Counted from the first letter of the stretch, positions 8,952 to 18,747 are shown. The stretch is 64,000 nt of DNA from Terriglobia bacterium (GCA_963761385.1 CAVXGY010000001.1:25813-89812); one strand, 5' to 3'. A program made the numbers and translations. The notes: generated by a model not told the origin, from the letters alone.

Positions 8952-9603
8952 CTATGTCGCGATTTGCGCGCAATGCCACGAACAGTCGGCGATCCGCAAG
9001 CCGGGCCCTGGAGGGGAATTGAATTATTCCAGCTCGGGAGATTTCTTCCCCAACCATGTAAACGTTCCTTTTGGCGAGTTCTCCCGCAGGGGTTTTTACA
9101 AAGACGGACGCTTCCGGCAGACAACCTTCATGGTGGAGGCCCTCGAACGTTCGCAATGCTTCAAGAAAGGGCAGGTGAGCTGCGGGACTTGTCATGACCC
9201 TCACGGTCACGATGCCGCTTCCAATCCCACCGCTCTGAAGCTTCGGGACAAACCCGATCTCATGTGCACGGGATGCCATACCCAGTTTCAGGACAGCGCC
9301 CGCGCGGCGCAACACTCACATCACCCGGCGGAATCAGAAGGTAGCCGCTGCGTCTCATGTCACATGCCGCGCATTATGGATGCCCTGGTATTTAAAGCTC
9401 GTACTCATCAAATTGACGACATCCCCAATGCCGCGATGACACGACGCTTTGGACAGGAAGAGAGCCCGAATGCGTGCCTTCTCTGTCACCAGGAAAAAGG
9501 CGCCGAATGGGTTCAGAAAACTGTGGAGAGTTGGAAGCCAGCTTCCGGCAGGACCAAGGCAGCAATTTCGCTGCCTGGAAGTGATATTTCTTCACTCAAG
9601 TAA
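8803..9603 (+). CDS. multihaem cytochrome, 3' part of the same frame-split gene (homologous sequence begins about 8910)
   Basis: From LDPPVNFHEIGNRNYVAICAQCH onward it carries CAQCH, CGTCH, CTGCH, CVSCH and CLLCH. It parallels HDPNIVNPANLPNALADNICMSCH in the next paralogue. Confidence 0.8.
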   Translation: MARNSKNQELAARCVTVLRLSTPSRWRRTSFTPRRPLDPPVNFHEIGNRNYVAICAQCHEQSAIRKPGPGGELNYSSSGDFFPNHVNVPFGEFSRRGFYKDGRFRQTTFMVEALERSQCFKKGQVSCGTCHDPHGHDAASNPTALKLRDKPDLMCTGCHTQFQDSARAAQHSHHPAESEGSRCVSCHMPRIMDALVFKARTHQIDDIPNAAMTRRFGQEESPNACLLCHQEKGAEWVQKTVESWKPASGRTKAAISLPGSDISSLK

Positions 9604-9610
9604 TGCTGGT

Positions 9611-9837
9611 GTCATCCTGCGGAGTGGAAGATTCTCTTCGCGAACTTTCCGCGCTGTCGAAGGATCCCTATGAATCATCGCCGGGCGGATGTAGAGGGTG
9701 TTCGATTCTGGGTGAGCCGGAACAGCCTGATTGTGTAATCTCCTCATACCTTCAGGAAAGCGCACCGGGGAAGGTAGGGGGCCTTCGACTGCGCGAGCCG
9801 ATTCGAAACGAACCGGGCTCGCTCCGCTCAGGATGAC
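9611..9837. repeat. MITE-like unit: two inverted ~65-nt copies of a short repeat flanking ~100 nt
   Basis: Plus strand from 9611: gtcatcctgcggagtggaag...gtcgaaggatccctat. Minus strand from 9837: gtcatcctgagcggagcgagcc...gtcgaaggccccctacc. Each copy has an internal hairpin. Confidence 0.55.
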
Positions 9838-9924
9838 ATTGATGCTGAGAGTTGCTCAGACTGCCCACTACAATCGAGGTTCTGCGCTTGCCCTCACGGG
9901 CATTTCGGGGCAAAATCATGGTCC

Positions 9925-11688
9925 GTGAAGCTTCGGCCTGGATTCTTGCTGGTGATCGCCCTTTCCGTGATCGTAGCGGTCGGCGTAATGTTTGCCCACG
10001 CCAAAAACGCTGCTCCGGCAACTCAAGCCAAGACTCCTGACGCTGAATATGCAGGGTCGGCTGCTTGCGCACAATGCCATAAGGACATCTATAAAACTTT
10101 TTCCAAAACGAGTATGGGCCGTTCCATGTCGCTGGTTACGCCCGCACTGCTGAAAACCATCCACGCTCCGGCTTCTGTTCAGGACAAAAATTCCAATGCG
10201 CACATCGAAGTCGAGGTGCGGGACGGAAAGCTCTATCAAACGGAATACGAAAAAGGAGCGGACGGCCAGGAAATCTACCGCGATAGCCACGAGTTGGAAT
10301 GGATCATTGGGGCTGGAGAAAATGGTTTCGGCGGACTCTTAAAACGGGATGACTACCTCTTCCAGGCTCCTCTTTCGTTCTATTCCAAGACGCAAAGCTG
10401 GGCGCTTTCGCCGGGCTACGAGTTTAGCAACTACGGCTTCAATCGCCCTATACTGCCGGCCTGCATTTTCTGCCACAGCGGACGGCCCGGCGCGATCCCA
10501 GAGGGAAATGGCCGTTTTGAAAGCCCTCCATTCTCCGAGCTCGCGATCGGTTGCGAAAATTGTCACGGGCCGGGACTCTCGCATGTGCTGGCAATGCAGA
10601 TCGGCGGAGAGAGCTTCCAGGGACACGATCCGAACATTGTCAATCCTGCGAATCTCCCAAACGCCCTGGCTGACAACATTTGCATGTCGTGCCATCAGAC
10701 CGGAGACGTGCGCGTACTGAAGCCCGGCAAGGACTTCAAGGACTTCCGTCCCGGCACTCCACTGGACAACACCCTCTCGATCCTGATGGTTCCGCCGAAG
10801 CGCGAGTCGCCGCCGCAGTCGGACCTGCTCGAACACTACTACTCCATGACGCTCAGCAAGTGTTATCGCGGGAGTGGAGGAAAGTTGGGTTGCATCAGCT
10901 GTCACGATCCTCATGTGGAGCCTTCTCGGGAAGAAGCCGCGGTCTATTTCCGCAACAAATGCATGGCTTGCCACAGCGAGAAGAGCTGCACCCTGGCGCT
11001 GGATGTCCGGCAGCACCAGCAACCCGCGAATGACTGCGCCGGCTGCCACATGCGAAAGCGGGATGTGCAGGAGATTTCGCATTCCAGCATTACGAATCAT
11101 CGGATTCTCCGCCGGCCCGACGAACCGTTTCCGGAGTCGGCCTTTCAGCAAACCACATTTGCCTTACCGGACCTGATCCATTTGAATCCGGCTCCGGGTC
11201 AGAAAGACACGACACCGACACCTCTGGTCCTGCTGCAGGCGTACGGTGAATTGGCGGAACAACATCCGGAATACTTGAAGCGCTACTTTGAAGTGCTCGA
11301 CCAACTAAAACGAACCGATCCCGGCAATCCTCTGGTGCTGGCTGCGACGGGAACTCGGGACTTGCAGGCGGGGAAGAACGAGGATGCGGTTACACATCTG
11401 CAGCGGGCTTTGGAGGCGGGCCCTGCGAAAACCGTGCTGTACACCGAGCTGGCGGATGTGCTGGTGAAGCTGGATCGCACGGCCGAAGCGGCAGTGGTAC
11501 TGCGAAAGGCAATCGCGCTTGATCCCTTCAATGCCGCGGTACAAAAAACATTGATCGTTCGTCTGATCGAGCTGAAAGAATTCGCTAGTGCGCGGACGGC
11601 GTTGGAGAGTTACGTAGAGCGTTTTCCCGAGGACTCCTTCATGCGGCAAATGTTGGCTCGCGCCCGGGCAGCGTCGCAGCCGAAATGA
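9925..11688 (+). CDS. multihaem c-type cytochrome (7 CxxCH) with C-terminal TPR domain
   Basis: GTG start with signal/TM LLVIALSVIVAVGVMFAHA. Haem motifs are CAQCH, CIFCH, CENCH, CMSCH, CISCH, CMACH and CAGCH. The C-terminal ~170 aa are TPR-like. Confidence 0.9.
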   Translation: MKLRPGFLLVIALSVIVAVGVMFAHAKNAAPATQAKTPDAEYAGSAACAQCHKDIYKTFSKTSMGRSMSLVTPALLKTIHAPASVQDKNSNAHIEVEVRDGKLYQTEYEKGADGQEIYRDSHELEWIIGAGENGFGGLLKRDDYLFQAPLSFYSKTQSWALSPGYEFSNYGFNRPILPACIFCHSGRPGAIPEGNGRFESPPFSELAIGCENCHGPGLSHVLAMQIGGESFQGHDPNIVNPANLPNALADNICMSCHQTGDVRVLKPGKDFKDFRPGTPLDNTLSILMVPPKRESPPQSDLLEHYYSMTLSKCYRGSGGKLGCISCHDPHVEPSREEAAVYFRNKCMACHSEKSCTLALDVRQHQQPANDCAGCHMRKRDVQEISHSSITNHRILRRPDEPFPESAFQQTTFALPDLIHLNPAPGQKDTTPTPLVLLQAYGELAEQHPEYLKRYFEVLDQLKRTDPGNPLVLAATGTRDLQAGKNEDAVTHLQRALEAGPAKTVLYTELADVLVKLDRTAEAAVVLRKAIALDPFNAAVQKTLIVRLIELKEFASARTALESYVERFPEDSFMRQMLARARAASQPK

Positions 11689-11702
11689 TTGCCGTCAACG
11701 AT

Positions 11703-12392
11703 TTACTGACCGTTTACTCGCAGCAAGAACCGCGTCTGGCCCTCCAGCCGGACGTTGCTGGTGCTGCTGGTAATTAATGTTCCAGACGCTAACGTCAAGC
11801 CAGGCAGGCCGATCACGCCTCGGCTGGTAGAGGTCACCTGTCCTCCATGATCTGTGCTGGCCGCATTGCCAGCGTGCAGATCCGCTCCGGCGGCGCCTTG
11901 CGCCTGACTGCCAAGCCCGGGCCGGCCAGCCATCCCTCCCCCGGGCGCGTTGTTCGCCATGGAAATGGAAGTGGAGCTGGCCTGTGCGTCAAGCGCAGCT
12001 TGCGCCATAGCCCCGGAAGAATTGGCCACTGCCTGGATCGTGAACGAGATCGGTACCTGCGTGCCGTCTTTCAGAACAGCGGAGTCAAAGACAAGGCCGA
12101 GTTCGGACTCATCCTGCCCTTTGGCGCGCCCTTGCGCCTGAGTCACTTTGCCCATTACCTTCGAACCCTTCGGCAACACTACTTTGTCATTCGCCTTCAC
12201 CTCTTGCGTGACTTTCGCAACCACTTCGTCGCCTGGCTTGGCTTTTTTGGCATCGACGGCCTTGAGCAATTCGGCTTGCACTGTAGTTCCCGGCGGCACA
12301 GACGCGGATGCTTTCGTATCCGCGGAACTCTGCGCCAGGCAGGCGGTTGAGAGCAAAGTTACGGCGAGAAATGAAACTGCATTCCGGTTCAT
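11703..12392 (-). CDS. secreted hypothetical protein (paralogue of 19148..19897)
   Basis: The ORF track gives 11703..12419. ATG 12392 is preceded by AGGAGG and gives the signal MNRNAVSFLAVTLLSTACLAQS. It shares PGDEVVAKV...VVLPKGSKVMGKV and a GLPGLTL...S-rich tail with the 19148 ORF. Confidence 0.7.
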   Translation of the reverse strand: MNRNAVSFLAVTLLSTACLAQSSADTKASASVPPGTTVQAELLKAVDAKKAKPGDEVVAKVTQEVKANDKVVLPKGSKVMGKVTQAQGRAKGQDESELGLVFDSAVLKDGTQVPISFTIQAVANSSGAMAQAALDAQASSTSISMANNAPGGGMAGRPGLGSQAQGAAGADLHAGNAASTDHGGQVTSTSRGVIGLPGLTLASGTLITSSTSNVRLEGQTRFLLRVNGQ

Positions 12393-12453
12393 GCGAACCT
12401 CCTTTGATGGCGGACTCACTTTTTGCCAGCATCATCCCAGCCAGGAGTACAGA

Positions 12454-13929
12454 TTACTGCTGGCTGATTTTCAACACCCACGCCGGTTGCTGCCGCAGTT
12501 GTTCGGGGAGATCGGGGAGGCTGACCGTCACTCCCGCTTTAGAGATCTTGAACCTCAGCGGCGTGGCCGATCCCAGCAGGCTTACGGATTTCACGCCTGT
12601 CACGTCTTTCAGCATCAGATTGCTGCTGCTGGACCAATGCGGCAGAATCGCGTACAGATCGCTGCTCTTGGTGGTGAAGAAGGCTTCGATACTGGCTTTG
12701 CCCGCCTCCGATTTTTCCGTCAACTTGGTCACGTCGTAGGGAGTGGAATATTCCTTGTTATATTCAACTTTAGGAACCTCGCCCGCACTCCATTGCTGCG
12801 CAGCCTTCCAGGGCTTGGTGCCGTAGATGGCTTCGCCGTTTATCTTCAGCCAGTCGCCAATTTGCGCGAGGCGCTCCTCCATGATGACTGGAATGGTGCC
12901 GTCGGCATTGGGCCCGATATCCAGCAGCAGGTTGCCGCCGCGGCTTACGGTGTCCACCAGAATGGTGACGAGTTCGCGCCCGGTGTGATAAACGCTGAGA
13001 TCTTCAGCACGGTTATAGCCGTAGCTGACGCCCATGCCCCGGCTTTCCTCCCATGGATGATCGATGCCACTCATGCCGGCGGTGTATTCCGTGGTCCAGT
13101 AGCCGCCGTGCTTGTGGCGAGTGTCTTTTCCCCAGCGGTCATCGATCACGACTTCGTCTTTAACCGGGGACTCGTTGAATAGCCAGGCCAGCAACTCGGG
13201 GCTGTGCCAGTCGGCGGAAGGCATCTCCCATTCGCCGTCGCTGAAGATGATGGACGGTTTGTAGTGCGTCACCACATCCTTGAATTGCGGGAACATATGC
13301 TCGCGCACGTATCGCGGCCTGTCGTAAAGCCACAGCGGGTTGTACCACTCGTAGAGAGAATAGTAGAGACCCATTCGCAGACCCTTGCTCCGCACGGCGT
13401 TGGTCAGGTCGCCCAGCAAGTCGCGATGCGGTCCGGTTTCAACCGAATTCCACGGACGTCCCCAGGTTGCGGAAGCCTCTTTGCTGGGCCACAAGGCAAA
13501 TCCCTCGTGATGCTTCGAGGTCAACACCACATATTTGGCGCCCGAGTGCTGGAATACCTCGGCCCAGTGGCCGGGGTCGAACAACTCCGCTTTAAACTGG
13601 GGCGCGAAATTCTGGTAAACGTAGTCGGCTCCAAACACTTTCTGATGAAAATCCCACGTGCCGGTCTCGACTCCATTTGCTTTGGGATTGTTCTTCCCTT
13701 CCGTCATTGCATGCCAATACCACTCGGAGTAAGCCAGCTTTCCCGGCAACACCGGCGCGTACGCCGGCACGGAATACGTTCCCCAATGAATAAAGATGCC
13801 GAACTTGGCGTCGCTGAACCATGCGGGCGTAGCTCGTTGATCAACCGATTCCCACGTAGGCTGATAAGTTTGAGCGCTTAGACTGCCGATCATCAACAAG
13901 AGAACGACAGGAAGAAGCAGACGTTTCAT
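12454..13929 (-). CDS. GH29 alpha-L-fucosidase, Sec signal
   Basis: The ORF track gives 12454..14004. The internal ATG at 13929 gives MKRLLLPVVLLLMIGSLSAQ. Motifs are AKFGIFIHWGTYSV, HHEGFALWPS and IIFSDGEW. Confidence 0.9.
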   Translation of the reverse strand: MKRLLLPVVLLLMIGSLSAQTYQPTWESVDQRATPAWFSDAKFGIFIHWGTYSVPAYAPVLPGKLAYSEWYWHAMTEGKNNPKANGVETGTWDFHQKVFGADYVYQNFAPQFKAELFDPGHWAEVFQHSGAKYVVLTSKHHEGFALWPSKEASATWGRPWNSVETGPHRDLLGDLTNAVRSKGLRMGLYYSLYEWYNPLWLYDRPRYVREHMFPQFKDVVTHYKPSIIFSDGEWEMPSADWHSPELLAWLFNESPVKDEVVIDDRWGKDTRHKHGGYWTTEYTAGMSGIDHPWEESRGMGVSYGYNRAEDLSVYHTGRELVTILVDTVSRGGNLLLDIGPNADGTIPVIMEERLAQIGDWLKINGEAIYGTKPWKAAQQWSAGEVPKVEYNKEYSTPYDVTKLTEKSEAGKASIEAFFTTKSSDLYAILPHWSSSSNLMLKDVTGVKSVSLLGSATPLRFKISKAGVTVSLPDLPEQLRQQPAWVLKISQQ

Positions 13930-14105
13930 TTTTTCACCGATCCACTGAGTCGATAATGGAATGACCAAGGCAGAATGACTAATATCCCGCTGAGTCGAGA
14001 ACACCTACCCCTCGCACAGCCGCCGTATTCTAACCGACTTGAGCGCTCAACGGGTTTTATATCTGACGGTGGTCTGGATTGTTTTGCGCAAATATCATCC
14101 CCGGT

Positions 14106-14152
14106 GTCCTCCTGAGCGGAGGGAAGTCAAAGGGTCCCTACCTTCTCCAGCG
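14106..14152 (+). repeat. short copy of the GTCNTCCTGAGCGGAG...CCCTACC repeat family
   Basis: gtcctcctgagcggagggaagtcaaagggtccctacc matches both ends of the copies at 9611 and 9837 but lacks their internal hairpin. Confidence 0.45.
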
Positions 14153-14314
14153 GTCTTCTCATAAAAGAGTTTCAATTCGCGGGAAAGAGTAAAAATCATG
14201 AATATCCAGCCGAACAGAATGCAGGACGAATGTCCACATCCCAGTACTGATAAATAAACAATTAGGGATCTTCCGGACTTCGCTAAGGATGATTGGGGCT
14301 GTGGTTGCTGCCCA

Positions 14315-15277
14315 CTAGTCTTGCGCCGGAATCTGAATCTCCGGACGGATTGAAGTCGCCGCCTCGGTGGGGAAATCCGCTGGGACAGGAACTGTGACCG
14401 GACTCTTGGCGAGCCACTGCAGCGTCCTCAGTAGTAGCGTTTGTTCTCCGGCGCAACGCAAACTGGGAGGTTGGACATCACCCTTCCAAACGTGCCCGAA
14501 GGTGGAACTGTAAATCCGGCCCCGGCCAAAGCGGACGGTCCATTCCAAAGGCCAATTCATGCCGGTGTGTTTGTCGTATCCGTAGGAAAGCACCCGAATA
14601 TTCTTCGCCGGTCCGCGCGCGTAGTAATAAATTTCCAGCGTTGGCGTCTTCCAGGCGCGGGGCATGCCGTGATGGATGGGATCGTCGCCCAGGCGGTGAA
14701 CGACCACCTCGGAGCGGCCGTCGTGTCCGGTGTCTTGTCCCTGACCGGCGGGGATAGGGACAATCTCCTCGCGCTTGTCGCTTTCGCGGAGTTTTATCAC
14801 CAGGGCATCCCCCTGCTCTTTCTTGCGCCAGCCTAGCCCGATCATGCGGTTGTACGCCGCCCAGTCCGGAAACGCATTGTTGCCAGAGTGGAAAACCAAA
14901 ACCCCGCCCCCATTCTGGACGAACTTCTCAAGAGCAAGCTGAACGTCGCGTGGCCAGGAAGGCCCGCCACCAATGTCATTGCAGGTTTGGACGACGACGT
15001 CGTAGTCGCTGAATTTCGGTCGCCACTGCTCCCAACCCGGAGACGCGGCGGTGGGCGGCGCCGTCGAAATTGTCACGGTGAACAAGCCGGAGGGTTCCAG
15101 AATGCCACGCAGTAGCGCCGTGGTCTGGCGCCAGTCATGATTGCTGAAGCCATCCACAATGAGAACCTTGATTGTGGTTTCTTTTCTATTTGCAGCCGCA
15201 GGCTGAGCGCCGGGCAGAAATGCCAGTGCGAGAGCGCATATCGTGGCGGCCAAACGAGTCTTCCCGGGAGATGCCAT
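14315..15277 (-). CDS. ThuA-domain (trehalose-utilisation-like) secreted protein
   Basis: The ORF track gives 14315..15355. The internal ATG gives MASPGKTRLAATICALALAFLPGAQPAAA. Motifs are KVLIVDGFSNHDW, GGGVLVFHSGNNAF and FGHVW. Confidence 0.8.
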   Translation of the reverse strand: MASPGKTRLAATICALALAFLPGAQPAAANRKETTIKVLIVDGFSNHDWRQTTALLRGILEPSGLFTVTISTAPPTAASPGWEQWRPKFSDYDVVVQTCNDIGGGPSWPRDVQLALEKFVQNGGGVLVFHSGNNAFPDWAAYNRMIGLGWRKKEQGDALVIKLRESDKREEIVPIPAGQGQDTGHDGRSEVVVHRLGDDPIHHGMPRAWKTPTLEIYYYARGPAKNIRVLSYGYDKHTGMNWPLEWTVRFGRGRIYSSTFGHVWKGDVQPPSLRCAGEQTLLLRTLQWLAKSPVTVPVPADFPTEAATSIRPEIQIPAQD

Positions 15278-15548
15278 AGCGGGCCGTGCGGCAGTATAGC
15301 TGAGAATCTTGGTCAACAATCCCCAAGGATGGCACCAGTTCCGAGGACTCGTCAAAACTAAGTCACTATCTTGTGCTGGCGGGCCAGCGCGCGGAGTTGT
15401 GCTATACAGTATTGGTCCGTCCGGGAGTAGCTTCGGTGGTGGGCTGCCCCGGAATTCATATCACACTTTTTTCATTCGCTCGCGGCTGTGGGGGTTCAGG
15501 GGGGAAACAAGCAACAAAACCTATCGTCGAGGATAGTGCGATCAACTT

Positions 15549-16565
15549 ATGGCGATCACGATGAAAGACATTGCGCGGGACTTGGGCGTGTCCGTGGTCA
15601 CGGTGTCTAAAGTATTGCGCAATCATTCCGACATCAGCGCCGCGACTCGCAAGCGAGTGCAGCAGCGCGTGAAGGAGCTCAACTATCAACCCAATCCTGC
15701 GGCGCGCGCCTTGCTCTCAGGTCGCACCAACCTGATCGGACTGATTGTTCCCGACCTGGTTCATCCGTTCTTTTCCCAAATAGCAAAGGGGATCTCCGCC
15801 GGACTTAGATCGAGAGAGTACGGTTTGATTATTTCTTCGTCGGAAGACGATCCACAGCTGGAAAGACGCGAGATTGATCAAATGTTGGCCCGCCGTGTGG
15901 ATGCGCTTATCCTGGCTTCAACCCAATCGAACGCGGACAGCGTGCAAAGAATACATGACCAAAAGGTGCCTTACATCCTTTTGGACCGCAAGATTCCTGA
16001 TCTCGATGCGAATTTTGTGGGTATTAACGACGTCACCGCAGGGATACAGGCAACCAGCCATTTAATTGAAATTGGATGCAAGACCATTGCTCATATCGCC
16101 GGCTCTGGAGTAAGTACAGCCCTCGACCGGAAGGCGGGATATTCGATGACGCTTGCGAAACATGGTCTAAGCCTGCCGCCGCCGTACCTGGTGGCACGTG
16201 CGCATATGGATGACTCCGGTGACGCTTCGGGCTACGAAGGCATGAAGCAGTTGCTGGCATGCGATCCCCGGCCCGACGGTGTTTTCTGCGGCAATGATCC
16301 CATTGCCATGGGGGCCATGAGAGCCATCCTCGAAGCAGGTCTGAAGATTCCCCGGGATGTGGCGGTTGTAGGCTGTGGCAATCTTCACTACGACGATCTT
16401 TTGCTGGTGCCTCTTACCAGCATCGATCAGGACAGCGCCGGTCTGGGAGCGAGCGCGGCAAAATTGGCACTCAGTCTGGTAAAGAACCAGTCAAAAGCGC
16501 CTCCCAAGATCATTCTTTTGGGATCTAAACTCGTGGTCCGCGCGTCCAGTCAACGGAAAGCATAA
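15549..16565 (+). CDS. LacI-family transcriptional regulator
   Basis: N-terminal HTH MKDIARDLGVSVVTVSKVLRN followed by a periplasmic-binding-protein-like sugar-binding fold (338 aa). Confidence 0.95.
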   Translation: MAITMKDIARDLGVSVVTVSKVLRNHSDISAATRKRVQQRVKELNYQPNPAARALLSGRTNLIGLIVPDLVHPFFSQIAKGISAGLRSREYGLIISSSEDDPQLERREIDQMLARRVDALILASTQSNADSVQRIHDQKVPYILLDRKIPDLDANFVGINDVTAGIQATSHLIEIGCKTIAHIAGSGVSTALDRKAGYSMTLAKHGLSLPPPYLVARAHMDDSGDASGYEGMKQLLACDPRPDGVFCGNDPIAMGAMRAILEAGLKIPRDVAVVGCGNLHYDDLLLVPLTSIDQDSAGLGASAAKLALSLVKNQSKAPPKIILLGSKLVVRASSQRKA

Positions 16566-16937
16566 ACGGGCATCCTTCCATATTCACCACTTCTGATTCC
16601 AAGGATCAGCATTGTCGGTCTCAATTCCAAGCAACGTAGTAAAGAACACCAACATCGGCGGCTCACTGCTCGTGATGGCTAATTGTCGGGAGAGCGGTCC
16701 TTACGCCGATAATGGGATTGCTCTCCGAACGATTCCAGAGCGTTGCCGTCGCGTATTCTGTCCCCTGATTGCTTATATCGTGATTTCCTTTTACTCGTTC
16801 TTTGGCGCCCGCGAGCGGGGAATGCAGGCGGCCTGAGATGTCACCCCGAGGTAGTGCAGGCGGCAAGGTCACAAGAAGAGAGCTGCGAAACCTGCATGCG
16901 ACCGTCGTGCTCTCCGGTAAAATATCCTCTCTTATCG

Positions 16938-18602
16938 CTATTTACTCCCCGCAAATCGAATCCGAAACGTGTAGGCATACTTGCCGGGATCGCGCTCCGG
17001 AAGCTGAATATGCAGGCCGTCGGGCTTGGTCTGGAAAGAAACCTTCCCGTCGGAGCCCAGCAGTTCGACTGATTCGATGGTCCGCTCGCCAACCGCTCCG
17101 GTTCCAATCGAGTGAATTACTGCCTCAGGCTTGGTCGGCCAGCCCAGTTCGATGGCATAGAAAACGTCGCCCTTGGTGGTGAAGCGGAAATCGTCGGGTG
17201 TGTACGGCCGTGTGTTGGTGTCGTTAAATGAACCTTCCGCGACCTGGGTCGGCCCCTCTCCGAAAATCTTCCAGGGACGAGTCCCGTAAATCGCATCGCC
17301 GTTCACCTTCAGCCACGACCCCACGTCGCGCAGTACCTGCTGGACTTCGTCCGGAATTGTCCCATCGGACCGGGGCCCAATGTTCATCAACAGATTGCCG
17401 TTCTTGCTGACCACATCCACCAGTTGATGAACGATGAACTGCGGCGTCTTGAACGTGTCATTCTCGATGTAGCCCCACGACTTGTTGCTGACCGAGGTAT
17501 CCGTCTGCCAATATTGCGGACGAATGCCGGCAAGTTGGCCGCGTTCGATGTCCAGCACCGCTGAGTCCTCCTGCATGGCGTAGTCTTTGTAGGTGATAAC
17601 GCCTACCGGTCCGCCACTTTTGAGCGAGTAGTTGTAATAGAAAGCAGTGAAGCGATTCAGGTCCGCCCGCACCGAGGGCTGTCCAATCCACCAGTCAAAA
17701 AAGAGGACATCCGGATGGTACTTTTGGATGATTTCCGCCGAGCGCGCCAGCCAGTCATGGGTCCACTCCGGGGAAACATATGTGAAGTCATTCGCGAGCG
17801 GCGTGTGCCGTTTATTCTCCAGCCAGGTATGAGCCGGCCCATAGAACGCCGCGAACTTCGGATCGTTGATGTCAGAGCGGAATTCGCGGCCCACTCCTAG
17901 AAAAAAATTGTGCTCGACTCGGTGGGACGATGCCCCCAGATGCAGTCCCTGCGCACGGACGGCTTTGGCGAGTTCGCCAACCAGGTCGCGATGTGGACCC
18001 ATCTTCACCGCCGTCCAGTCGGAAAGTCCGCTGTCGTACATGGTGAAGCCGTCGTGGTGCTCAAAAACCGGCACCACATATTTGGCGCCCGAGTCCTTGA
18101 ACAAGCTTGCCCATGCTGCCGGATCGAATTTCTCCGCTTTGAACATGGGGATGAAATCCTTATAGCCGAATTTGTCTTGCGTGCCATACGTCGCAATGTG
18201 GTGCTTGTATTCTGCCGAGCCCTGAATGTACATCTGCCGCGGATACCATTCGCTGCCGAAGGCGGGCACGGAGTAGACGCCCCAGTGAATGAAGATGCCG
18301 AACTTCGCGTCCTTGTACCAATCCGGAACCTGGTAGGTTTGCAGGGATTCCCAGTCGACACGGTATGGGCCTTCGTGGTTGACCTGGTCCACCTCTTTAA
18401 GGATGGCCGAGCGTTGGGCATCGTACCTGGAACTGGCTTTTTGCCATGCCTGGTCAATGGCAACCGGATCCGCGGAGTTTGTGGCGGCAGTGGAATCTGC
18501 GGCGGTCTGGCCAAACATCGAGATGGGAAGCAAGGCCCAGGTGATGAGCAGCAATAGTTTGACGGCAAGACCGCGGAACGAGAGAGGGCTTCTCTTTATC
18601 AT
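16938..18602 (-). CDS. GH29 alpha-L-fucosidase with C-terminal extension, Sec signal
   Basis: 554 aa with signal LLLLITWALLPISMFGQ. Motifs are AKFGIFIHWGVYSV, HHDGFTMYDS and VLFFDWWIG. Confidence 0.9.
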   Translation of the reverse strand: MIKRSPLSFRGLAVKLLLLITWALLPISMFGQTAADSTAATNSADPVAIDQAWQKASSRYDAQRSAILKEVDQVNHEGPYRVDWESLQTYQVPDWYKDAKFGIFIHWGVYSVPAFGSEWYPRQMYIQGSAEYKHHIATYGTQDKFGYKDFIPMFKAEKFDPAAWASLFKDSGAKYVVPVFEHHDGFTMYDSGLSDWTAVKMGPHRDLVGELAKAVRAQGLHLGASSHRVEHNFFLGVGREFRSDINDPKFAAFYGPAHTWLENKRHTPLANDFTYVSPEWTHDWLARSAEIIQKYHPDVLFFDWWIGQPSVRADLNRFTAFYYNYSLKSGGPVGVITYKDYAMQEDSAVLDIERGQLAGIRPQYWQTDTSVSNKSWGYIENDTFKTPQFIVHQLVDVVSKNGNLLMNIGPRSDGTIPDEVQQVLRDVGSWLKVNGDAIYGTRPWKIFGEGPTQVAEGSFNDTNTRPYTPDDFRFTTKGDVFYAIELGWPTKPEAVIHSIGTGAVGERTIESVELLGSDGKVSFQTKPDGLHIQLPERDPGKYAYTFRIRFAGSK

Positions 18603-18663
18603 TGGAACTCCTTTGGTCCGTTCATGGGGCCGGAATGGCGCTGTTAGATATACAGAGGTTTTA

Positions 18664-18695
18664 CGATAAAGTAAACGATAACGTATACTTTATCG
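18664..18695. promoter_or_regulatory. candidate operator: 10-bp perfect inverted repeat in a divergent promoter
   Basis: cgataaagta (18664-18673), a 12-nt spacer, then tactttatcg (18686-18695). It lies between the fucosidase start (18602, minus) and the mutarotase start (18748, plus). The spacer carries an ACGATAA direct repeat. Confidence 0.35.
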
Positions 18696-18747
18696 GCGAT
18701 CATTGTTGCGACACGTTCGTATTCCACCCATTCTCCGGAAGGTTTCG

